A DNA stretch of 64,000 nt from an uncultured Alphaproteobacteria bacterium (GTDB taxonomy: Bacteria > Pseudomonadota > Alphaproteobacteria > HIMB59 > GCA-002718135): contig CACOIH010000004.1 of NCBI GenBank assembly GCA_902627245.1, positions 8,041 to 72,040 on the forward strand, read 5' to 3'. Under the pieces are notes generated by a model. The model had not been told where the DNA came from. It saw only the letters and a program-made list of their open reading frames with translations, and did no database searches. This document shows, piece after piece, positions 18,699 through 27,761 of this stretch; positions within the stretch are counted from its first letter, which is position 1, and each line of letters opens with the position of its first letter. Both the position numbers and the translations under genes were made by a program.

Positions 18699-19850
18699 AT
18701 GACTAAGCTTTATGATTTATTTATTATAGGAGGTGGGATTAATGGAGCTGGAATAGCTAGAGACGCAAGTGGAAGAGGTTTTAGTGTTTATTTAGCTGAT
18801 AAAGGAAAAGTTGGCTCTGCTACATCATCATGGTCCTCTAAATTAATTCATGGTGGTCTTCGCTACCTTGAGAATTATGAATTCAAACTTGTAAGACAGT
18901 CCTTAAAGGAAAGAGAAGTAATTACAAAAATTGCACCAAATATAACAAAACCATTACCATTCGTAATTCCTCATTCGAAACAATCAAGATCTAAATTATT
19001 AATAAAATTGGGACTTTTTTTATACGATAATATTGGAGGTAAAACAAATATACCAAAATCCTCTAAAATAGATTTAAAAAAAAATTACATAAATATTTTA
19101 AAACCGCAATTTTCTTTTGGCTTTAAATACTACGATGTTCAGGTAGATGATAAAAAATTAGTGGAAATGAATATAGAAAATGCAAAAAATTTAGGCGCAG
19201 TTATTGCAGAAAATAAAAAGGTAATAAATGCAAAGATTGATAATGATAGCTGGAAAATTCTTTTTGAAGATAAAGAAACAGTTAGAGCAAAAATTTTAAT
19301 AAATGCTTCAGGTCCATGGATTAATGAAACAATAAATAATGTAATTAATATAAGTATAAATAAATCAATAAGACTTGTGAGAGGGAGCCATATTATAGTA
19401 AAAAAATTATATGATGAAGAGGTTGCTTTCACTTTACAGAATTATGATAATAGAATTGTTTTTGTTATTCCTCATAAAAAGGACTATACTTTAATTGGCA
19501 CTACAGAGGTAGATGTGGATAATCCAGAAAATCCAACTATTTCAGATAGTGAAAAAAAATATTTAATAAATTCAGTTAATAATCATTTCATTAAAAATAT
19601 AACAAACGAAGATATTGTTAAAACATATTCAGGAATTAGGCCTTTAATAGAAGATTTTAAAGAGGCTTCTAAAGTAACTAGAGATTATATATTTGATCTA
19701 AATCTACAAAATAAACAAGCGCCACTATTAAATATTTATGGTGGTAAACTTACTACATATAGAAAATTATCTGAAAAAGTAATTGAGCAACTTGAGCCCT
19801 TTTTACCAATTAAAAACACAAGGAATTGGACTCATTTAAAAAAACTATAA
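18699..19850 (+). CDS. glpD: FAD-dependent glycerol-3-phosphate dehydrogenase, short form lacking the usual C-terminal domain
   Basis: IGGGING.GIARDASGRG, ATSS.SSKLIHGGLRYLE, GSHI, SGIRPL, GGKLTTYR. Only 383 aa. Confidence 0.82.
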   Translation: MTKLYDLFIIGGGINGAGIARDASGRGFSVYLADKGKVGSATSSWSSKLIHGGLRYLENYEFKLVRQSLKEREVITKIAPNITKPLPFVIPHSKQSRSKLLIKLGLFLYDNIGGKTNIPKSSKIDLKKNYINILKPQFSFGFKYYDVQVDDKKLVEMNIENAKNLGAVIAENKKVINAKIDNDSWKILFEDKETVRAKILINASGPWINETINNVINISINKSIRLVRGSHIIVKKLYDEEVAFTLQNYDNRIVFVIPHKKDYTLIGTTEVDVDNPENPTISDSEKKYLINSVNNHFIKNITNEDIVKTYSGIRPLIEDFKEASKVTRDYIFDLNLQNKQAPLLNIYGGKLTTYRKLSEKVIEQLEPFLPIKNTRNWTHLKKL

Positions 19851-19948
19851 TAAATATTCCTCTTACACAACTTTTCATTATAGGGCAGAAAAGTTTTATA
19901 AGAGGAATACTTCTCATAGGAGGAAATAATATGAAAACCTTCTGCCCA
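19848..19948 (-). ncRNA. Candidate structured small RNA with anti-Shine-Dalgarno loop
   Basis: TATAAT at 19959-19954 (minus), an 8-bp hairpin with a UUAUUUCCUCC loop, and a long 3' hairpin followed by UUUAUUAU. Several positions that are mismatches on + are G-U pairs on the minus strand. See findings. Confidence 0.5.
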
Positions 19949-19990
19949 TTAGTATTATAAATTATTATTTAATATTAACTAATTAAGCTC

Positions 19991-20004
19991 TCAAAACGCT
20001 TTGG
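19991..20004. promoter_or_regulatory. Putative LacI-family operator (site 3)
   Basis: TCAAAACGCTTTGG, 12/14 identical to the palindrome CCAAAACGTTTTGG at 31734-31747. Confidence 0.5.
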
Positions 20005-20006
20005 AA

Positions 20007-20027
20007 ATGCCCCATTTTATGGGGCAT
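20007..20027 (-). terminator. Hairpin after MalK-type ATPase gene
   Basis: ATGCCCCAT-ttt-ATGGGGCAT, 17 bp beyond the stop; short U-tract. Confidence 0.6.
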
Positions 20028-20044
20028 ATTAATTAACGATTCTA

Positions 20045-21124
20045 CTATTTAAAAGCCTGTTGTGAACTATCAAATAGATGGCATCTATTAGATGGAAATC
20101 CAACTTTGACAGTATCACCGACTTTGATATTTGAATGTCCTTCAGTTTCAACAACTAAAGGTTCTCCTTCTTTTTCTAGATATAAGAAAGTTCCAGAACC
20201 TAATTTTTCAACAACGAACACTTTACTTTCCCATGTTCCATCGGAATCCTGATTCACTAATAGATGCTCTGGCCTAATACCCAGCGTTACAGAGTCACCA
20301 TCTGAAGAGGAAGCTGACATTTTTGGAACTGCAATTTTTGACGCACCCATTATATCGACTTCAGTTTTGTCACCACTTTTTGAAGTTATTTTAGATGAAA
20401 TAAAATTCATTTTTGGTGAACCAATAAACCCTCCCACAAACATATTATTTGGTTTGTCGTAAAGTTCTAGAGGCGAACCTTTTTGTGATACGATACCTGT
20501 GTCTAATACTACAATATCATCTGCAAGTGTCATAGCTTCAGTTTGATCATGAGTAACGTAAATCATTGTTGCCTCAAGTTCATTATGAAGTTTTGCTAAC
20601 TCAACCCTCATTTGAACTCTTAATGCAGCATCTAAATTTGATAGTGGTTCATCAAATAGAAAAACTTTAGGTTTTCTTGTAATGGCCCTTCCAATAGCAA
20701 CTCTTTGTCTTTGACCACCTGACAATTGTTTTGGTTTTCTTTTTAAATAGTCTTCAATTTGTAATATTCTTGCGGCTTCATTTACTCTTTCATTAATTTC
20801 ATCCTTTGACCTTTTTTCTAACTTTAAACCAAATGCCATATTATCAAAAACTGTCATATGTGGGTAAAGAGCATAAGATTGGAATACCATCGCTATGTTT
20901 CTTTGTTTAGGGGGCAAGTCGTTAACTACCTTACCATCTATTGAAATAGTCCCTGAGTTTATATCTTCTAATCCCGCAATCATTCTAAGCATAGTTGATT
21001 TACCACAACCACTTGGTCCAACTAAAACTGTAAATGATTGACTTTTAATGTCTAGAGATACGTCCTTAATAACGTGGACATCTCCAAAGTATTTATTAAC
21101 AGTATTTATATTTATATCTGCCAC
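20045..21124 (-). CDS. MalK/UgpC/AglK-type sugar ABC ATP-binding protein
   Basis: GPSGCGKS, VFQSYALYPH, LSGGQRQR, DEPLSNLD, C-terminal TOBE region. Start moved to GTG 21124, which follows AAGGAGG. Confidence 0.93.
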   Translation of the reverse strand: MADININTVNKYFGDVHVIKDVSLDIKSQSFTVLVGPSGCGKSTMLRMIAGLEDINSGTISIDGKVVNDLPPKQRNIAMVFQSYALYPHMTVFDNMAFGLKLEKRSKDEINERVNEAARILQIEDYLKRKPKQLSGGQRQRVAIGRAITRKPKVFLFDEPLSNLDAALRVQMRVELAKLHNELEATMIYVTHDQTEAMTLADDIVVLDTGIVSQKGSPLELYDKPNNMFVGGFIGSPKMNFISSKITSKSGDKTEVDIMGASKIAVPKMSASSSDGDSVTLGIRPEHLLVNQDSDGTWESKVFVVEKLGSGTFLYLEKEGEPLVVETEGHSNIKVGDTVKVGFPSNRCHLFDSSQQAFK

Positions 21125-21195
21125 TTCATCCTCCTTTGAGCGATCTTTCAAGTGTTAAAATTCAATATTATATAATTAAAATTTTAGAGCAAGAA

Positions 21196-22515
21196 TTAAT
21201 TTAAATAACTAAGATAATCTTTTTGAAACTCAATCATTGTGTCCACAAGTTTCTCAGCAGAATTGGTATTATCTACTATTGGATCAGCAAGAAGTGCTAA
21301 ATAAACACTGTGTTTTGATTTATTAAGAATTGCCTCAGTTGTTAATTGTATTGTGCTAGCTTGATTATTTAATAATGATCCAAAATTGGAGGGATAATTT
21401 TCAAGTCTTTGACCGTGAACCCCCTCTTTATTAATCACTGCAGGAACTTCTACAACAATATCTGTAGGTAAACTATCAATGAAATTATCATTAGGTATAT
21501 TAACTGCATCCTCAACCATATTTTTATCTTGAATTATGGATTCAATAATTGGAACAATTCTCTCACGATTAGTATTATCCGATGGATCAAAAAAGTGTTC
21601 TTTTGATACTTTATCACTATGAAAAGATAAGCAATGATCTTTGTATCTATTATAAAAATGTGAAATAGCATCGTGATCGGCTACACTATAACCCCATTGT
21701 AAATATTCGCCTAGATGGCTGTCTGTTGTTATTGGTAAATAACCATATGTTTTATATAATTCAAAAAAAACTCCTCTTTCTCCACCAGGTTTTGAACGGT
21801 GATAATCATCATGTTGATTAACAAGAGTTGAATAGTAATTATCAAAATTGTCTCTAATTTTTGGATAACCATCTTCATTTGTATCTTTGTACTTAGCTTC
21901 AAGTAAAATACTAAAATGATTTAGGCCTCCAGCTTTAATTTCAATATTTTCAAATTCTGTTTCCATTAAACTTGGAAGTTGTCTTTCCATAGAAGCAATC
22001 TCATGACAAAGTCCAATGAATTTCATTTTTGGAAATTTTGTTGTTACTGCATGGCAAATTCTTTGCATTGGGTTTGAGTAATTAAATATAAAAGCATCTG
22101 GACAAATCTCATTTATATCATCACATATATCAATTATTGCTGGAGTAATCCTTAAAGAATGAAATAACCCTCCAGGACCACCATTTTCACCATATATTTG
22201 TTTAAAACCATATTGTAATGGAATTTTCCAATCTTGATCCCAAAGTTCAAACCTATTACCTACTTCAATTGAAATTAAACAGTAGTCAGCATTTTTTAAA
22301 GCCTCTTTTCTATTCGTTGTTGCCTCAATTGTACAATTTGCATTAAAATCTTTTTTATATTTTTCTGCGGTGCTTCTAGTTTTTTCTAGAGATTTATGGT
22401 TAATATCATGTAAAGTAATGTTACAATCTTTTAGTACATTTGACTTAAAAATATCGCTTACAGTACCTAAACCAAATTGAGAACTTCCAGCACCAATCAA
22501 TACAATTTTAACCAT
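21196..22515 (-). CDS. Glycoside hydrolase family 4 alpha-galactosidase/alpha-glucosidase
   Basis: IGAGS, ALKNADY, GENGGPGG, NYSNP, GLCHE, GLNH, ALLADP. Confidence 0.9.
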   Translation of the reverse strand: MVKIVLIGAGSSQFGLGTVSDIFKSNVLKDCNITLHDINHKSLEKTRSTAEKYKKDFNANCTIEATTNRKEALKNADYCLISIEVGNRFELWDQDWKIPLQYGFKQIYGENGGPGGLFHSLRITPAIIDICDDINEICPDAFIFNYSNPMQRICHAVTTKFPKMKFIGLCHEIASMERQLPSLMETEFENIEIKAGGLNHFSILLEAKYKDTNEDGYPKIRDNFDNYYSTLVNQHDDYHRSKPGGERGVFFELYKTYGYLPITTDSHLGEYLQWGYSVADHDAISHFYNRYKDHCLSFHSDKVSKEHFFDPSDNTNRERIVPIIESIIQDKNMVEDAVNIPNDNFIDSLPTDIVVEVPAVINKEGVHGQRLENYPSNFGSLLNNQASTIQLTTEAILNKSKHSVYLALLADPIVDNTNSAEKLVDTMIEFQKDYLSYLN

Positions 22516-22517
22516 TT

Positions 22518-23489
22518 TTATCTTACCCTTTCCCCATGCAATCTATGACCCAATAAAGCAAGTAATATTATCAAGCCATTAAAAAACTGTCTCCACTCAC
22601 CACTCCAACCAATAGCAATGATACCAACTTCCATATAAGCAATTACACCTACACCAAAAACAGCACCAACTATTGTTCCTAGGCCTCCCCAATAAGGTGT
22701 GCCACCTACAAAAACTGCGGCTAAAGCAAGTAATAAATATCCAAAGCCTTGCGTAGGAAAAAAGGTGTAAGTTATAAGAGTTGTAAATATTCCTCCAAGT
22801 GCGGCACCAATCCCAACAAACATAAATGCTTTAATCTTAACAGCATTAACATTTATACCCATTTGTTCGGCGCTTACTGAGTTATCTCCAACATGCTGTA
22901 TATGAATACCAAAAACATGTTTGTTAAAAAAATAGTAACAAAAAATAATAAATATTGCCGCCCAAAAAATTTGCATTGGAAATCCATAAAATTTGCCAAC
23001 AAGTAGTGGATAAATCCAATGATTTTCTACTTCCATAATAGTGATTGATCTACTTTTTGTTAAAAGTAAAATTACACCTCTTAATAAAAATAATACACCG
23101 AGAGAAGCAACTAATGATGACAGTCGAAAGACTACAATTAATGTTCCAACAAGCGCTCCTATAGCTGCACCAGTCAAAACACCCGCAACAAAACAAATTG
23201 CAGGATCTACACCATTTTTAACTAACAAAGCAAATACGTATGCTGCAACAGCATATGTTGATGCAAATGATAAATCAATTTCTCCCGATGCTACTAAAAA
23301 AACAAGTGGAATAGTTAAAAAAATTAATGTTGGCATCATTACAAATACAGATTGATGTAAATTTGGTCTTATCCAAGCTTCTGGCGCACCTATAAAAAAT
23401 ATTGCCATTAGTAAAATAAAATAACCAATACTACCAAGTGCTCTTCCATTTTTGTGAAACATATTATTTATGAATGATTTGATACTCAT
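22518..23489 (-). CDS. Monosaccharide-type (CUT2) ABC transporter permease
   Basis: GEIDLS, GDN..SA..GI, AAVFVGGT..GG.G. Confidence 0.9.
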   Translation of the reverse strand: MSIKSFINNMFHKNGRALGSIGYFILLMAIFFIGAPEAWIRPNLHQSVFVMMPTLIFLTIPLVFLVASGEIDLSFASTYAVAAYVFALLVKNGVDPAICFVAGVLTGAAIGALVGTLIVVFRLSSLVASLGVLFLLRGVILLLTKSRSITIMEVENHWIYPLLVGKFYGFPMQIFWAAIFIIFCYYFFNKHVFGIHIQHVGDNSVSAEQMGINVNAVKIKAFMFVGIGAALGGIFTTLITYTFFPTQGFGYLLLALAAVFVGGTPYWGGLGTIVGAVFGVGVIAYMEVGIIAIGWSGEWRQFFNGLIILLALLGHRLHGERVR

Positions 23490-23490
23490 T

Positions 23491-24237
23491 TTAATGTTTT
23501 ATTATTGTTTCTCTCATTATTTTCATTAACTCCTCTGGCGTAGAAATATCTTCTTTGTTTAGCTCATGTACAACTTCTCCTCTATCCAATATTACAAACC
23601 TGTCTGAAATATCATAAACATGATAAATGTTATGGCCAATAAATAATACAGATCTATTTGACTTCTTAACATTTAATACAAAATCAAAAACTTTTTGAGT
23701 CTCATTTAAAGATAAATTATTTGTTGGTTCATCAAGTACTATTAGTTCTGCATTGTTATATATAGCTCTTGCTATCGCTACACCTTGTCTTTCACCTCCA
23801 GATAAATTTCCAACAGGTGACTCTGCATTTATTAATTTTGATGTAAAACCTATTTCTCTAATCAATCTATTTGCTTCATTAATTTGTTCCTTTTCTTTTA
23901 TAAAGCCAAATGGATATTTTAGTTCTTTTCCCATAAAAATATTTTTAACTATAGATTGTTGAGGGGTTAAAGCCCGGTCCTGAAAGACTGTTTCTATTCC
24001 TGCTTCCCTTGCCTTTAGTGCATTCCAACTATTTATCTTATTACCTCTAATTAGAATTTCACCTTCATCTGGGCTATAAACACCAACTAATGTTTTTATT
24101 AATGTTGATTTACCAGCTCCATTATCTCCAATTAACCCGACAACCTCTCCCTTTTTTACATGAAGAGATGCTTTATTTAATGCTGTAATACCGCCAAATT
24201 TTTTTGTTACTTGATTTAGTTTAATTATATTTTCCAT
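23491..24237 (-). CDS. CUT2 sugar ABC ATP-binding protein (single NBD)
   Basis: GDNGAGKS, GIETVFQD, LSGGERQ, LDEPT; 248 aa. Confidence 0.92.
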   Translation of the reverse strand: MENIIKLNQVTKKFGGITALNKASLHVKKGEVVGLIGDNGAGKSTLIKTLVGVYSPDEGEILIRGNKINSWNALKAREAGIETVFQDRALTPQQSIVKNIFMGKELKYPFGFIKEKEQINEANRLIREIGFTSKLINAESPVGNLSGGERQGVAIARAIYNNAELIVLDEPTNNLSLNETQKVFDFVLNVKKSNRSVLFIGHNIYHVYDISDRFVILDRGEVVHELNKEDISTPEELMKIMRETIIKH

Positions 24238-24244
24238 ATTTATT

Positions 24245-24277
24245 TAAAAAAACTGACTCATATTAAATGAGTCAGTT
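24245..24277 (-). terminator. Intrinsic terminator/attenuating hairpin after SBP
   Basis: AACTGACTCAT-attaa-ATGAGTCAGTT with a long U-tract on the minus strand. Confidence 0.8.
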
Positions 24278-24293
24278 AATATTAATTTTAATA

Positions 24294-25289
24294 TTATCTT
24301 AAACCTGCGTCTGCAAGTGCTTTTACAGCTTGATAATTATTTGTATCTACAAAACCTGCACCAGTGTCTTGATTAATGGCACCAGTTCCAAGTACAGCTG
24401 TTTGACATAAAGACAACACAGGTAAATATCCTTGTAAAAATGGTTGCTGATCAGAGGTTAAGTGAACATAACCTTTCTCAAATGATGACATTATTTGTGG
24501 ACTTGTATCAAAACCAATTTGAAGTAATTCATTTGGTCCATAACCAGCGGCTTTAGCGATACCTTCTGCAACATTCATAATATCACTTCCAGAATGAACA
24601 ATTACTTTAGTCTCAGGATTAGCATTTAATGCTGCTGAAAAAATTGGAATGGTCATATTAGGATCTGAAGCATATTTTGGGTCTCCATCTAATACGGTTA
24701 CTGTCATACCATGTTCTTCAAAGATAATTCTTGCGCCATCTTCTCTCTGTGCTCTTGCGTAGTCACCTATTGGCACCATAACTATTGCATGATCTCCAGC
24801 TTGAAAACCAAATTGTCTAATTGCTTCTCTAGCTAATGCTTTACCTTGAGTAGCTAGATTAGCACCAACGTAACCACCACCATACTTAGCTCTAACACCC
24901 GATGGATCAACATTTTGATAAGTCATTAAAATTCCATTTTCTGCAGCTTGTCTTGCCAAGGGCATTAAAGCTTCATCGCCTGGATGTCCCATCATTGCGA
25001 TAGCATCAACTCCTAGTCCTACAGACTCTCTTAATTGACGAACCATTTTTTCAAAATCCCATTCTGAATAAATAATTTCTGCATCCGCACCAGTATCTCT
25101 AATTGCATTCATTGCTCCAGCCGCAACAATTCCTGCAAATCCCCCGGCTTCAGGTCCCCCAGCATAAAAATGCATTTTTACATCTGAACACCATTTTTCA
25201 CCTAAATCTTGCCCAGTAGGAGCTGCTATTGATTGATACGAAATTGGTACAAAAAAAATAGAAGCCAAAATAATTTTTAAAATTTTCAT
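24294..25289 (-). CDS. Sugar ABC substrate-binding protein (type I periplasmic binding fold)
   Basis: Signal peptide, YVG, GFD, DQQPFLQGY, TGAGFVD; SD GGAGG. Confidence 0.88.
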   Translation of the reverse strand: MKILKIILASIFFVPISYQSIAAPTGQDLGEKWCSDVKMHFYAGGPEAGGFAGIVAAGAMNAIRDTGADAEIIYSEWDFEKMVRQLRESVGLGVDAIAMMGHPGDEALMPLARQAAENGILMTYQNVDPSGVRAKYGGGYVGANLATQGKALAREAIRQFGFQAGDHAIVMVPIGDYARAQREDGARIIFEEHGMTVTVLDGDPKYASDPNMTIPIFSAALNANPETKVIVHSGSDIMNVAEGIAKAAGYGPNELLQIGFDTSPQIMSSFEKGYVHLTSDQQPFLQGYLPVLSLCQTAVLGTGAINQDTGAGFVDTNNYQAVKALADAGLR

Positions 25290-25332
25290 TTTTCCTCCCA
25301 GAATTTAATAATTTTAATAATAATAAATTAAA

Positions 25333-25354
25333 TCCGAAACGTTTTGGAAGTCAA
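25333..25354 (-). promoter_or_regulatory. LacI-family operator (site 2) abutting a -35 box
   Basis: TCCGAAACGTTTTGGA (25333-25348), near-palindrome with central CG. TTGACT is immediately 5' on the minus strand, and TAATTT follows 18 nt later. Confidence 0.72.
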
Positions 25355-25399
25355 GTAAAAGAATATTTAAAATTCAATAAATTCTAGATTTATTAAATA

Positions 25400-26188
25400 C
25401 TAGCTCTTATTATTGTTAGCAAATATGCTAAATTCTGAATCAGATATTTTAATATCGTGCTCATTGGATGGATATTTCTTTTTATCTACATCTTTTTTAA
25501 AATCTTTAAATGCCTCAATAGACTTTGCTTTTATTCTTCTATAATCTTCACCAACATCAGAGTAAACTTTAGCATGTCTCGGAATGTGACCCTTATTGTA
25601 ACCTAAGATATCTTCAGCAAACAAATATTGAGCATCACAACCTAAGCCACTTCCCATACCTATCATAAAAACATCTATCTTGTTTGAAATAAATTCTGCA
25701 ACTTTATGTGGAACTATTTCTATTTCTATTGCAAACACTCCTGCTTCTTGTAATTTTAAACATTGATCGTAAATTTTCTGTGCTTCAAAAGATGTTTTTC
25801 CATAGGCTTTAAAACCACCATACAAGGTTGATTTATAAGGTATAAAACCAGAATGACCTACAACAGGAATTCCTTCGTCAGTTATAGATTTAATAAGATT
25901 TAAACTTTGTGGACAATAAATTGCATCAGCACCAAGCTTAAGAAGTTCAAATGATCTTTTTAAAATATCGTCTTTATTAATATATTTTCCATATGGAAGT
26001 CCTACTGTTAAAAAAGTATTTTGAGCTGCGTTTCTTATGCCTTCTATATTATTTAACTCTGACGAAACAATCATGTCTATTCCTGCAAGCTCACAAGACT
26101 CCGCTTCTAAGGGATTATGAGTGTAAACTTCAGTAAGTTTTTTAACTCCTTTACATTCAATTATTTCTTTAATTGTTAATTTTTTCAC
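25400..26188 (-). CDS. Divergent PanB-like (ketopantoate hydroxymethyltransferase family) protein
   Basis: GIPVVGH.G..P, GGFKAYGK, AGVFAIEIE, GMGSG..CDAQ.L..EDILG, PRHAKVY. Lacks the TAYD and GDS motifs. GTG start. Confidence 0.75.
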   Translation of the reverse strand: MKKLTIKEIIECKGVKKLTEVYTHNPLEAESCELAGIDMIVSSELNNIEGIRNAAQNTFLTVGLPYGKYINKDDILKRSFELLKLGADAIYCPQSLNLIKSITDEGIPVVGHSGFIPYKSTLYGGFKAYGKTSFEAQKIYDQCLKLQEAGVFAIEIEIVPHKVAEFISNKIDVFMIGMGSGLGCDAQYLFAEDILGYNKGHIPRHAKVYSDVGEDYRRIKAKSIEAFKDFKKDVDKKKYPSNEHDIKISDSEFSIFANNNKS

Positions 26189-26195
26189 AATTCAA

Positions 26196-27632
26196 TCAGT
26201 ACAGTCTTTTACTTACTCTTTTTGTTTGACCATGGCTATATATTCCATCCATTCCACCGTCTCTACCATACCCAGATTTTTTATAACCTCCACCTGGTAA
26301 GTTTGTACCGTCTACAAACCAGTCATTGTGCCAAATTACACCAGCTTGAATTCTTTCCGCAGTCCATTTTGCTTTTTGATCATCAGAAGTGAATACACCT
26401 GAGGCCAGGCCATAATTTGTTGAGTTTGCAATATCAATTGCCTCTTCTTCATCTTTGAAATCAAATATTGACGTGACTGGCCCAAATATTTCTTCTTGAG
26501 CTATTGTAGAATCAGTTTTTACATTATTAAAAATTGTAGGTTGGTAAAAATTACCTTCCTTGTTTTCACTTTCCTTACCTCCAATAGTTAATTCTGCTCC
26601 AGATTGAATCCCAGATTTGACGTAATTAGATACTCTTTGCATTTGATCCTTCGATATTAGAGGAGTAACATCAGTATTATCATCTGCACCTGATCCAACC
26701 TTAAGTTTTTTTGTTTTAGATATCAATTTTGACATGTATTCGTCTTTAACTTTAGGATGAATAATTACTCTCGACATAGCAACACATATTTGACCAGCAT
26801 TAGGCTTAAAGATTCCTTTTACAGTACTATCAACTGCTTTATCAATATCAGCATCAGAGTAAATTATGGCAGCAGACTTTCCACCTAATTCAAAATGACA
26901 AGGTATAATTCTATCTGCAGTCTCTTTGAGTATCTCAGAAGCTACCTCTGGTGAACCTGTAAAAACAATATAGTTTATATCATTATGTTTTACTAATTTT
27001 CTTCCAGTAACTTCTCCACGACCATGAACAATATTTATTATTCCTTCAGGAACACCAACTTCCTTAAAGATACTTCCATAAAAATTTGAAGAAAGAGGAC
27101 ACAATTCTGGTGGCTTGATAACTATTGTATTCCCCACAATTAAATTTTGAGCAACCATTCCAGAAAATATAGATACAGGATAATTCCATGGAACAATTTG
27201 CAAACTAACGCCAAATGGCTCTAAAACTACGTAGTTAAAAGTATCTGTGCCAGAAGGTATAAGTTTGTTTTCAATTTTATCAGTCATACCTGCATAAAAA
27301 TCAAAAGTATTAGCAGCACCTTTAAATTCTCCTATACATTGACTTATTGTTTTTCCATTTTCTTGACTTAAAAGTTTTCCTCCAATTTCACTATACTCTC
27401 TAAGTTTACTTGCAATAGATCGCATCATATCTGATTTTACTTTTGCGTCCATGTCCTGAAGAATTCTTTTTTCAAATGCTCTTTTTGCTGCATCTACGGC
27501 TAAGCCAATCTCTTCGTCCATTGCCTCATTGATACTACCAACCAAAGTTTGATTTGCAGGATTTATTACATCAACATACTTATTTGATATTGAGTCAACA
27601 AAGCTACCATTAATAAAGTTTCTATTTTCCAT
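26196..27632 (-). CDS. NAD-dependent aldehyde dehydrogenase
   Basis: PWNYP, FTGS, ELGGKS, NAGQIC, EEIFGPV, GGYKKSGYGR. Confidence 0.93.
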   Translation of the reverse strand: MENRNFINGSFVDSISNKYVDVINPANQTLVGSINEAMDEEIGLAVDAAKRAFEKRILQDMDAKVKSDMMRSIASKLREYSEIGGKLLSQENGKTISQCIGEFKGAANTFDFYAGMTDKIENKLIPSGTDTFNYVVLEPFGVSLQIVPWNYPVSIFSGMVAQNLIVGNTIVIKPPELCPLSSNFYGSIFKEVGVPEGIINIVHGRGEVTGRKLVKHNDINYIVFTGSPEVASEILKETADRIIPCHFELGGKSAAIIYSDADIDKAVDSTVKGIFKPNAGQICVAMSRVIIHPKVKDEYMSKLISKTKKLKVGSGADDNTDVTPLISKDQMQRVSNYVKSGIQSGAELTIGGKESENKEGNFYQPTIFNNVKTDSTIAQEEIFGPVTSIFDFKDEEEAIDIANSTNYGLASGVFTSDDQKAKWTAERIQAGVIWHNDWFVDGTNLPGGGYKKSGYGRDGGMDGIYSHGQTKRVSKRLY

Positions 27633-27761
27633 TTATATTAAAAATAGGTAATGTTTTAATGAATTTTAATCAATAAAATCTTGATTATTATTGTAAATTT
27701 ATTGAAAGACTAGTGCCAACATACTACTTGAAATATTAAAATTACTATTATTTATTAAAAT

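Noticed and set aside
19931-19960. Plus-strand 9-codon ORF MKTFCPLVL behind a perfect AGGAGG as a type I toxin
   Set aside because: Too short for a TM toxin, and the G-U pairing pattern favours a minus-strand RNA. Kept only as an alternative explanation.
27703-27718. Sigma54-like TGGCAC-N5-TTTCA on the minus strand upstream of the ALDH gene
   Set aside because: The essential -12 GC is absent, and there is no enhancer-binding protein in the window.
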